Of a stretch of 64,000 nucleotides of DNA, positions 1 to 8,531 are shown one piece after another; positions within the stretch are counted from its first letter, which is position 1, and every line of letters starts with the position of its first letter. The stretch covers positions 4,800,001 through 4,864,000 of the forward strand of contig CBDBDQ010000005.1 in NCBI GenBank assembly GCA_965203905.1, read 5' to 3'. Source of the DNA: Spirochaetia bacterium (GTDB lineage Bacteria; Spirochaetota; Spirochaetia; SZUA-6; Bin103). The notes beneath the pieces were generated by a model that saw only the letters and a program-made list of their open reading frames with translations, ran no database searches and was not told the DNA's origin. The translations under genes were made by a program, and so were the position numbers.

Positions 1-236
1 GTGCCGGCCGCGACGCCGCGGTCGACTATTACCGAGCGCAGCTTCTGGACCTGCTGCAGGTCTATCTGCGACCAGTCGAACACCGTCGCATCTGTGATGG
101 CCTCGTCAGTGAAGATTGCGACCGCGCGGTCGAGTTCCCGGCGCATGCTGCGGCTCCCGGACGGGAGGAGGCCGTCGAGATAAACGGCGGCGGGATTCTG
201 GTCGCTGGGCGCGTCCGACTCGTCCGTGGCTTTCAC
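1..236 (-). CDS. Tyrosine recombinase/integrase, N-terminal part (continues beyond the window)
   Basis: Not in the ORF track. Manual translation from GTG at 236 (GGAG upstream) gives VKATDESDAPSDQNPAAVYLDGLLPSGSRSMRRELDRAVAIFTDEAITDATVFDWSQIDLQQVQKLRSVIVDRGVAAG, resembling the NPAAVYL...W..L N-terminal domain of a XerC/D-like integrase family. The catalytic part is off-window. Confidence 0.6.
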   Translation of the reverse strand, partial: MKATDESDAPSDQNPAAVYLDGLLPSGSRSMRRELDRAVAIFTDEAITDATVFDWSQIDLQQVQKLRSVIVDRGVAAG

Positions 237-379
237 TTCGGCAGCTCCAGAAGCTCGCTACCGTGGCGCTCGATAGGCTCTGCCACCGTCTCAGTATCGC
301 CCCGTTTTCGCGAAAGCACCAGGCCAATCCCCCCAGCCCACCCAGCCCGACCTCCGATAAACTGCCCTACTGTCAACTA

Positions 380-1888
380 CTAGAGTCTCGGTCTCGGGCG
401 GCGTCGATCACGCAAGAACGCCGACGCTCTGTCGTCGGCGCCTATCTCTTGAGCAACTGCTAACAGGTCTAGCCGGCCGAGTAACCCCACCGTGATCGGT
501 CGCTTCGAGTCCCAGAACACGAAGGCGCGCAGCAGCTCCTGGGCAGGCCCACAGTGTAGTAAGCTCTGTACGTAGACCGCCTCGGCTTTCGACTCACAGG
601 GTACAAAGTAGCATGTGTCGTCCAATACAATCGGCTTGCCCTTAAACGAGCCGACCACTCGGAAGTTAAGGTTCTTGTAGAAGCCGGAGATGGCAACCCG
701 CCAAGGCGCGAAAGTGTATGCTCCCACGCCAAACACCGAGAAGCGGGGTCGACCCCGATAGATCGTGCTACCGCGACGGTCTAGCCGATCAGCATGCCCA
801 CAGAGGTACTTCCAAGTCTGGGGAGCTTCAGATTTGATCCGATTGGTGTCGCCCCCGATCGCCGACTGAGTGACCAGCATCCATCGCTTAGGCTCGACCA
901 CAGTTCCGTTCGCTACTTCGGAACTCTTCAACATCGGATATAGGAACCGACGCTCAAGGTGCACCTCTTCTCGGAAGCCATTCACGTACGTGTTTGGACC
1001 GCAACGGCGTAGCTCCATGACCTTCGAGCAATCGTGCTTCACGCCGGAGCGCCACTGGTAGCGCTGCGAGCCAGTCAAATGCTTCCACGTCTCATAAAGC
1101 TGTAGGTCCGCCACGAGCTCTCCGCCCCGAAGCCCGAACCGTGATGAAGGGGCGGCAGCTTCAAGAGAGTCGTAGACCGCACATTCGACTTCTCCATGCC
1201 GACGTGAACCCGAGACGACGAACAAGCACGCGTCGACCGATGCTCCAAAGTGCTTGAAGGCATCGATACAGCGCACTTCCGCACCTCTAAGCCGATGTCC
1301 GTGATTCCAAGCGTAGCGCAGGACCCTTCGAACCACCGCAACCTTACAGAGAATTGCGAGGCTGGCTTCCTGTCCCTGGATCCACTCCAAGGCGCGCAGA
1401 AGCATCCACTCGGAAATGTCGAAGTTGCTCTTTCCCGTGAGGGCATCGAGCCCGCGATGACCATGGAAGTTCGTCTTTTTGGGGAGATTAGAGCTTCCTA
1501 TGCGTGTAATCTCGGCGCTCGTAACCCAGGGCGGATTCCCGAGAACCAATAATGGTTTAGGGAGTCCTACGAGCACCTCATCCCAATCTGTTTGGAAAAA
1601 ATCGGCTTGGCGGATCTGCGTATCCGTAACAGAGTGGGACTCGCGGAGGAGACGCTGGGCCTTGGTAACATGCTGAGGATTGATTTCGAACCCAAGTAAC
1701 CTTTGCGCGGACGGGAACGCCCGAATGGCAGCATCTAGAAAGGCCCCTGTGCCGCACGTGGGCTCAAGGACGCTAGAAGGACGGAAACCGCGGCCGACCA
1801 GAAGCGAGCATACGCGGCTGGCCAGGGACCGCGGCGTCTGAAAATCGCCGAGCTCAGCTCTGACTCTTGAGTTTACCTCAGAAGCCAA
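380..1888 (-). CDS. Type II amino-methyltransferase (N6-adenine type, M.NspV-like)
   Basis: GDFQTP, motif I VLEPTCGTGAFL and motif IV GNPPW; lies 3 bp behind the endonuclease gene. Confidence 0.9.
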   Translation of the reverse strand: MASEVNSRVRAELGDFQTPRSLASRVCSLLVGRGFRPSSVLEPTCGTGAFLDAAIRAFPSAQRLLGFEINPQHVTKAQRLLRESHSVTDTQIRQADFFQTDWDEVLVGLPKPLLVLGNPPWVTSAEITRIGSSNLPKKTNFHGHRGLDALTGKSNFDISEWMLLRALEWIQGQEASLAILCKVAVVRRVLRYAWNHGHRLRGAEVRCIDAFKHFGASVDACLFVVSGSRRHGEVECAVYDSLEAAAPSSRFGLRGGELVADLQLYETWKHLTGSQRYQWRSGVKHDCSKVMELRRCGPNTYVNGFREEVHLERRFLYPMLKSSEVANGTVVEPKRWMLVTQSAIGGDTNRIKSEAPQTWKYLCGHADRLDRRGSTIYRGRPRFSVFGVGAYTFAPWRVAISGFYKNLNFRVVGSFKGKPIVLDDTCYFVPCESKAEAVYVQSLLHCGPAQELLRAFVFWDSKRPITVGLLGRLDLLAVAQEIGADDRASAFLRDRRRPRPRL

Positions 1889-1891
1889 GTG

Positions 1892-2608
1892 TCACCTCAC
1901 CCGCAAGATGCCGTCGACACTGCCGGCTTCTGTGATTACCCGACTATACTGCAGTCTCCACTGCAGTGCATTCGAGATCGTAAGATATCCGATGTCGGGG
2001 GGACACGCGAGAACTTCTTCGGCGAGACGGTTCGCCTCGATCTCGTCCACGGGGAGCATCCGTTCAGAGAAGAAAGCCAGGACGTCATCTGCGTTCCCGT
2101 TATTCGCGACGATCCGCCGGATGCCTGTAGTGGTCTGGAAATCCGCAGTGCGCTCGGCCTTTACGAAAATCGTGTGGAGGATGTTGAGCCGGGCGGTGCG
2201 AGTCTCGCCGTCATCCGTCTTGTTGTACACGAATACGAGCAGTGAGTAGCCGAGCCCATAAAGCTTCTGTCGCGCAGACTCGTAGGGACAGGAAGATTGC
2301 GGCTGCCGATAACTGGTGACCTTGAGGTCCACACATATCTCCGGGAAGTCGATTCCTTTCGCCGAACTCCCCTCTTTGTAAGTGTAGCGGCGGTTAAGAA
2401 CCTCTTGGAACTTGTGCTCTAGGTAGGTCCCGACGGCCTTGCCGTCAGTTACTCCAAACAGCGACGGTTCTTGGTGATCAGATTCGCTCTCAGCGAAAGC
2501 GCGGGCCTCCCGGCAGAGCAGATCAACAGTCAACTCTTGTTTGGTCAGAACAACTCCTCCGCGTGTATCGTCGCAGACGACTTGTGTTGTCGAGTTCTCC
2601 GGTGCCAC
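1892..2608 (-). CDS. Type II restriction endonuclease, NspV-like (true start possibly CTG at 2548)
   Basis: GVTDGKAVGTYLEHKF...GIDFP...VDLKVTS.RQPQSSCP...ISNALQWRLQY matches my recollection of the NspV family; PD-(D/E)XK-like ID..VDLK; paired with a methyltransferase. Confidence 0.8.
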   Translation of the reverse strand: MAPENSTTQVVCDDTRGGVVLTKQELTVDLLCREARAFAESESDHQEPSLFGVTDGKAVGTYLEHKFQEVLNRRYTYKEGSSAKGIDFPEICVDLKVTSYRQPQSSCPYESARQKLYGLGYSLLVFVYNKTDDGETRTARLNILHTIFVKAERTADFQTTTGIRRIVANNGNADDVLAFFSERMLPVDEIEANRLAEEVLACPPDIGYLTISNALQWRLQYSRVITEAGSVDGILRVR

Positions 2609-2808
2609 GCACGACGATCATACTGTTTTCAGCAGTCGGCGTAAAGAGGGTGCGAATCGCTGGAATTCGTGAGCCCCACCGGGGCGCGGTCATAGCAAGT
2701 CCACGACATTACGTCCAGCGGCTTCGCGAGGCCACTCCGAGCGCCGGTAGCGCGGAGGCGCCGCGACCGGAACGTCTAGGTTCTGCGAGGTGGCAGTATG
2801 GGGACGAC

Positions 2809-3600
2809 GCTAAAGGACGGGCCGAGACCTACCGGCGAGACGGCTCGTGTTCCCGATCGATGTGCTCAGTGACGCTGAGGTACGGTTAGTCTACGCCTAC
2901 CTGGAGGCGGCAGAGGCAGAATCGGCTACCGATCCAGAGGGCGCGCGCGCGTTCCTGCGCACTATCTGTTGCCATCGCTCGATGCGTTGGTACGCAACGA
3001 GAAGTTGCTGGCGGCCGCCTCCCTGTTGCTCGGTCCCCGATCTGCTCGTGTGGAGCGCGGACCTGTTCATCAAGAAGGCGCATTCGCCCATGACTGTAAC
3101 CTTGCATCAGGACCTAACCTACTGGGGGCTGGACGACACTGAGGAGACTACCGGACGGGTGCCGCTGTCACCGTCGAGGGTCGACAGCGGCTGCATGCGT
3201 TTCGTCCCAAGGTAGTCACCGGCGCCGAATCTTGCCGCATGTCGATACGTTAGCGGCCGACAACCTGCTCAGCCGCGGCCAGGAGGTCGCCGTAGAGGTT
3301 GACGGACACGATGCAGTTGCAGTCAAGCTGCAGACTGGGCAAGCCTCACTGCACCACGACCATCTGTTTCATGCGTCCAGACCCGACAGCACCGGTGATC
3401 GCCGCATCGGTGTGGCGATTCGCTTATCAAGCCTTCGATGAGCCAGCGTACCGGGGAGCGCCGGATGGTCAGACTGGCGAGCGGATCGGACCGCTACGGG
3501 CACTTCGATCTCGCCGGTCCACCGCGGGGGCGATTGGACGAGGCGGACTTCGAGCGTTGTCGGCACGACGTCGAGGTCAGGCGTCGGCAATTCTACGCTT
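2809..3600 (+). pseudogene. Phytanoyl-CoA dioxygenase (PhyH) family pseudogene
   Basis: Fragments in several frames: FIKKAH...HQDLTYWGL...SGCMRFVP(stop), DNLLSRGQEVAVEV...ASLHHDHLFHAS...DRRIGVAIR. Confidence 0.8.
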
Positions 3601-4461
3601 AGAGAGGGTGGTTCTGTCGGCCCCGTGGCGTCCGCGGTGTGGGAGACTCCGGCTTGACGCCGCAGCGCCAGTCGGCGGTGTGGTACCGGCGGTGGTAGTG
3701 TAACCGCCCCGGATCACGACCGGAGCGCGGCGTTCGCCGAGGCGGCACACGCCAGCCGGGACTTACGGTAAAGGCGGTTCCTGCCGCTCCAGGGCGCAAG
3801 CTGCCGATGATAACAACTGAACGCGCACTACATGCTCTCGATTCGCTCCTGCGATAGCTTGATGAGGTCGTACAAGATGGGTCGTAGATCTGTTTTCCGC
3901 CGATCCGTGTACGTTGATTGAGTAGCGTTGGAGGGCGGCTATTATGACCTCCGGCGATTCGCCGTTCTTCAACCTTAGCAACGCCGCGTGCAATAGAGTC
4001 AATAGCTTGATCAGGGGAGCCTCGAAGTACTAAGTCTGATCGGGTATGGCGCGTGCATCGCTTTGACTTCCCGGGACTGGCCGCCGTCCTTGTAACGGCT
4101 GTCGTGGCTTTCGTCGCCTGCGCCCAGAAGTCCAGGTAGGAACGAGACGAGATTCTGCGATCGCTCGCCGGAAGGCTCGATAGCATTGAGTTGAAGGTCG
4201 AGGCGCTGGATGACGCGATGCCCCAAGGGTTTTGTGAGATCGGGCAACGGGTTTGATCGCTTGGGTACCAAGGTGAATCGCCTGGATGCCAAGGTGGATG
4301 CTGTCAGCGACGGCTTGCAGGACCTACGCCGCGACCTCGAGTCGCACGGCATGCTTCCGCCGTCCGAGGCAGTCGGATGATCGCGGCTGGGGCGCGGTGG
4401 GCGACCGGGAGAACCTAGTAGAATCGACCCCTGCGCCGGCCAAACAACTCAGTCTGCGCCA

Positions 4462-5280
4462 TCATACAGAATCTGCTTTATACCAGGGATTCCCTGCTTC
4501 GCTATACTTCACCTCAATACCCGTCACACTATACGGCGTACAGGAAATCACCTCGGCGTCTTCGATATCAAAGATGGCCGTATTGGACCCATCACCAAAC
4601 TGACTACCATAAATTACCGCTTCATAGCCAGCGTCTCGGAATAGTTCAGACAATATCTGCGTGGGGACGTATCTACCCGACCAATCCTCCGACGTGACCG
4701 GCCGTGAAAATGCGTTATCTACATCCGTCCAGACTGCCCGTTCCTTCGTTTCGGCATCTACCGGTGCATCTCCAAATACTTGCGGCAACGTAAGGCAACG
4801 CATGGCTGATTTACCACTCCCCGAGGACAAATCAATTGCAATTAGATCACGAATCACTATAAGTCGAGCCACTGATATTTCTGAACCAATCCAAGGACGC
4901 ACTTCTGAAATCGCTGTCCGCACACTAGACGCGACGTATAGTACCGGGATTCCTGCGGAGTTCACTCTCCCTTCCGAACCGCGATGAGTTCGAGGTTTCA
5001 TCCGCTCCTCGGAAAATCCGGTTGGTACCTCATCATACTGCTCGCCTTCGGGATCGTACCGAGGATGATACTCTACTCCGACCTGCGCGCGCCAAAACGT
5101 TGAACCGTTTGGAATCTTTGCCTCTCGTCCTTGTCGGGTACTAAGAATAGCGTCTAGAAACTGACGAGTTTCATGGCCCCATACATAGCGCCGGTCTTTC
5201 CTCACATCCTGAGCGAAGTCACGATAGCTCGTCCAAGAACGAAACTCTGGCCCTCTCTGATCACTTGCGTCCATAGGCAT
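4462..5280 (-). CDS. RES-domain protein (NAD+-consuming toxin family)
   Basis: R-E-S signature: EGRVNSAGIPVLYVAS, AISEVRP, YVPTQ...AVIYGS; AT-richer than its neighbours. Confidence 0.85.
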   Translation of the reverse strand: MPMDASDQRGPEFRSWTSYRDFAQDVRKDRRYVWGHETRQFLDAILSTRQGREAKIPNGSTFWRAQVGVEYHPRYDPEGEQYDEVPTGFSEERMKPRTHRGSEGRVNSAGIPVLYVASSVRTAISEVRPWIGSEISVARLIVIRDLIAIDLSSGSGKSAMRCLTLPQVFGDAPVDAETKERAVWTDVDNAFSRPVTSEDWSGRYVPTQILSELFRDAGYEAVIYGSQFGDGSNTAIFDIEDAEVISCTPYSVTGIEVKYSEAGNPWYKADSV

Positions 5281-5349
5281 CGTTATGTTCAGGCCCAGTG
5301 TAGATCACCTAGATCCACGTAGTCCATCCATACATCAAGTCTTGGTGAG

Positions 5350-8300
5350 TTACAGCTCCAGAATGTCCTTGAGAGTCCGGCTCGGTGGCAACTGGTCTGA
5401 GGGAGGTAGGAACTCTGGTGGCTTGAACAGGGGATTGCCGGGGGACCATAGCTCTACGCTTTCGGGGTGCTCCTCGTAGTAGGTCGGGTCGGTGGTGGCA
5501 CGCACCGGTTCGGTCATGCCGGGCGCCAGCAGCCCGTATTCACGGTGGCCGAGCGGTTGTACCCCGGTGCCCTGGGGCAACAGGTTGGGATCGGATATTA
5601 CACGGTCGAGGTCGTCCATCGTGATCGGCGACCGGGGACGCTCCGGTATGGTGAGATCGTCACTCACGACGGCGTCGATGTTGAAGCCGGCGCCGGCGTG
5701 GGCTTCACTAGCGCGGCGCTCGATGGCAGCCACGATGTCAGCGCTGCTTTCCCCTTGACGCGCGGCGGGCGGCAGAACCGCCTTGGTGATCGCCTGCGGC
5801 AGCTCGGCCAGGATCGGCTGCAGGCGACCAACCACCGTCTCGAACAAGCCGATGCGGCTTCGGAGAGCACGGTATACGTCCGTCTCGACCGTACCCTCGT
5901 AATGCAGATTGACGACGCGGATCGTGGCATGGGCCTGACCGACGCGGTCGATGCGGCCGATGCGCTGCTCGACCCGCATCGGATTCCACGGCATGTCGTA
6001 GTTGATCACCGCGCCGCAGAACTGGAAGTTCAGGCCCTCCGCTGCGGCATCGGTACACAACAGAATGTCGGCCTCGCTATCGCGGAAGCGACGCTTCACT
6101 TCGTCGCGATCAACGGGACGCCACGTGCCGTCAGCGGAGGGAATCTCGCCGCCGCGGCCTGAGAAACACATCAGCCGTCCGCTGCCGCCCTTACTCAGTT
6201 GGTCACGCAGGAAGTCCATAGTGTCGGTGTACTGTGTGAACACCATCACTTGGTCGTAACCGTCGCCGTGCAACTCGGCGAGCGCCTCTTTCAGGCGTCC
6301 GCACTTGCTGTCTGGCGGGAGCGGCCGGATGCGCGCAAGCAGATGCTCGATGTCTGCCCGTTCCTCCGCAGCCAGAGCCTGCCTCTCGTGCTCCGCGATC
6401 TCATCAGCATCTAGCAGCTCGTCCGCTGTCTCGTCGTCAGGTGCGTCTTCGTCGAATCCCTTGTCGCGCGATCGGTCGCTGGCGTTGATCATTGCAAGGT
6501 GCCGCTCAAGAGTCGTACGCAGCGCTTGGAAGCTGCTCGCCAGCCGACGCCGGTATATCGTCATCACGAATCCGACCGCGGATCGTTCCGCTGCCGCCGC
6601 CTGGTTCCAGGTTCCGGTAATGTAGGTTTCCACTGCCGCATAGAGCTGTTGCTCGGCCGCGGTCATCTTGAGGAAATGATCGTCGACCCGCCGCCGCGCG
6701 ATGGGCGTGGAGAGCATGCCGGCTTCGTAGTAGCGGCGCAGAAGCGCGCGCGTATGGCGAGAGATCAGATAACGAATCGGCGTATATGCGCGCAGGATCT
6801 CCAGGGCCGCACGGCGCTCGGGCGTTTCCAGTCGTCGGCGCGGGATCGCCGCCTGGTCGCGCAAGGCGCGAAGCACCGTGTTGGTCTTCAGCCGCGACAA
6901 GCTGGTGAGGCGGCGCGCCTCCTCGGGTGCAGTGTCGCCATATGCGCGCTCGGTTGCCTGGAACAACCGTGCCATGCGGTCCAACGACGCCGGCGGTGGG
7001 TTGGGCTGTTCGAGCTCGCGGAAGAAGCTCAGAAACGCCGTGTCCGTCCACTCCGGCGGCAACCCGAGCAGACTCAACAGGTCCCAAACCTCGACGGGGT
7101 GTACCTGCATCGGGGTGGCGGTCAGCAGGACGAGGCCCGAGGCCCGCTCCTTGAGTTTCTGCATGAGGCGCAACAGTGCGTTGGGGCCGCCCTCGCGGGC
7201 TGATCCTGCCGCACGGCGGCGGGCATGGTGAGCTTCGTCAAGCACCACCAGATCCCACGGTTCCGCCTCATGCAGGAGTACGTCCGCCCGGTCGCGGCGG
7301 CGCAGCAGTTGGCTGGAAGCAATCACGATCGGCTCGCGGTGCCAGTCGCGCGGTCCGACCTCGCGCTCGTGCGCCATCCCAAGTGACCACGAGCGATACC
7401 ACGACAGCTTGCGGCCGTCGTAGATCGGCCAGTTGAGGTTGAACTTCTCACGCAACTCGATCTGCCACTGGCGCAGCACCGCCTTTGGCGCCAGGATCAG
7501 AATCCGCCTCGCCCGCCCGGCGAGCCACGCTTGGCGCAGCAGCATGCCCGCCTGAATGGTCTTGCCCAGTCCCACCTCGTCGGCGATCAGGAGCTTCGGC
7601 GGCCACTGCGCGTACAGCCGGTCGAAGGCCCGCACCTGATGCGGCCACGGGTTCACGGCGGCAGTCGCCTCGCCGACACAAATGCCGTAACTCTGGGCAG
7701 GAGCTTCCCGAATGAAGGCCCAGACCAGCCCGCGCCGATCGGCCGCCGGCGGGGGACCAGACCCCGCGCCGGCTGGAACTGCGGGTAGCGCGCCAGCCCC
7801 ATGACTCGGCAGCTTTGATTCCTGCGCCTTCAGGCGAGCGGGCAAATCGTCGCCCGGCATGAACCGCATCAGGTCGCGGCGCGCCGCCTCCGGGACATCA
7901 AGCACGATCACGCGTGCGGATTGCCCGGCCCACAGCCGCGCGAAGTTCTCCTCTTCATGGATGACACGTTCAGGCTCGGTTCCCCAACTGGTATAGACGT
8001 TGATGCTCTCCCAGTTGTGTCGCCAACCGGCCGCAGTCTCGTTCAGGCTCCCATTCCAGGCGATCCGATGGCCGCCCTGGTCCTGAATGATGCCAGCCTT
8101 CTCGTGGAAGATCCCGTCACTGGGAATCGGAGTACGGTCGGCCGCACAGGGAACTGCCACCTTTACCGAGAGATGGCCGCGCTCAATCATCCAGGAGAGC
8201 AGCTCGAGAGCGCCGTTCGCTACCGCGTCGAACGCCGTGAGCGGCGCCGCCGACAGGCGGCGCTCTACCGTATCGCGCAGCCTCTCACCGCGTTCGATGG

Positions 8301-8529
8301 CATCGATTTCGGACTGTTCGAGGGTGCAGCCGACGACCAGCCGCATGTGGCCATCGTTGCGCACCAGTCCTTCGATGCCGCGCGCCGCAAGGGTGAGTGC
8401 ACCGGCGCTGAAGTAACCGGTGAGCCGATCGTAGCACACGGCGTCCTGTAGCGCCGGCACGTAGAACAGATCGACCAGGTCGCCGTCGTCAGGAGTGTAC
8501 TTCAGCCGCCACGGGCGATCGGTCAGCAT
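5350..8529 (-). CDS. PLD-like nuclease fused to an SNF2-family helicase
   Basis: N-terminal DRLTGYFS, FHEKAGII, GSLNET (HKD-like); helicase motifs ADEVGLGKT, DEAHH, TATP, EGLNFQ, QRIGRIDR. Confidence 0.92.
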   Translation of the reverse strand: MLTDRPWRLKYTPDDGDLVDLFYVPALQDAVCYDRLTGYFSAGALTLAARGIEGLVRNDGHMRLVVGCTLEQSEIDAIERGERLRDTVERRLSAAPLTAFDAVANGALELLSWMIERGHLSVKVAVPCAADRTPIPSDGIFHEKAGIIQDQGGHRIAWNGSLNETAAGWRHNWESINVYTSWGTEPERVIHEEENFARLWAGQSARVIVLDVPEAARRDLMRFMPGDDLPARLKAQESKLPSHGAGALPAVPAGAGSGPPPAADRRGLVWAFIREAPAQSYGICVGEATAAVNPWPHQVRAFDRLYAQWPPKLLIADEVGLGKTIQAGMLLRQAWLAGRARRILILAPKAVLRQWQIELREKFNLNWPIYDGRKLSWYRSWSLGMAHEREVGPRDWHREPIVIASSQLLRRRDRADVLLHEAEPWDLVVLDEAHHARRRAAGSAREGGPNALLRLMQKLKERASGLVLLTATPMQVHPVEVWDLLSLLGLPPEWTDTAFLSFFRELEQPNPPPASLDRMARLFQATERAYGDTAPEEARRLTSLSRLKTNTVLRALRDQAAIPRRRLETPERRAALEILRAYTPIRYLISRHTRALLRRYYEAGMLSTPIARRRVDDHFLKMTAAEQQLYAAVETYITGTWNQAAAAERSAVGFVMTIYRRRLASSFQALRTTLERHLAMINASDRSRDKGFDEDAPDDETADELLDADEIAEHERQALAAEERADIEHLLARIRPLPPDSKCGRLKEALAELHGDGYDQVMVFTQYTDTMDFLRDQLSKGGSGRLMCFSGRGGEIPSADGTWRPVDRDEVKRRFRDSEADILLCTDAAAEGLNFQFCGAVINYDMPWNPMRVEQRIGRIDRVGQAHATIRVVNLHYEGTVETDVYRALRSRIGLFETVVGRLQPILAELPQAITKAVLPPAARQGESSADIVAAIERRASEAHAGAGFNIDAVVSDDLTIPERPRSPITMDDLDRVISDPNLLPQGTGVQPLGHREYGLLAPGMTEPVRATTDPTYYEEHPESVELWSPGNPLFKPPEFLPPSDQLPPSRTLKDILEL

Positions 8530-8531
8530 GT

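Noticed and set aside
3699-3722. TGTAACCGCCCCGGATC resembling an IS3-family inverted repeat
   Set aside because: No partner repeat or transposase remnant could be recognised nearby.
4047-4380. Small membrane-anchored coiled-coil ORF (RLDSIELKVEALD...RLDAKVDAVSDGLQDLRRDL)
   Set aside because: Interrupted by a stop and frameshifts and no family could be assigned; probably a relic, too weak to call.
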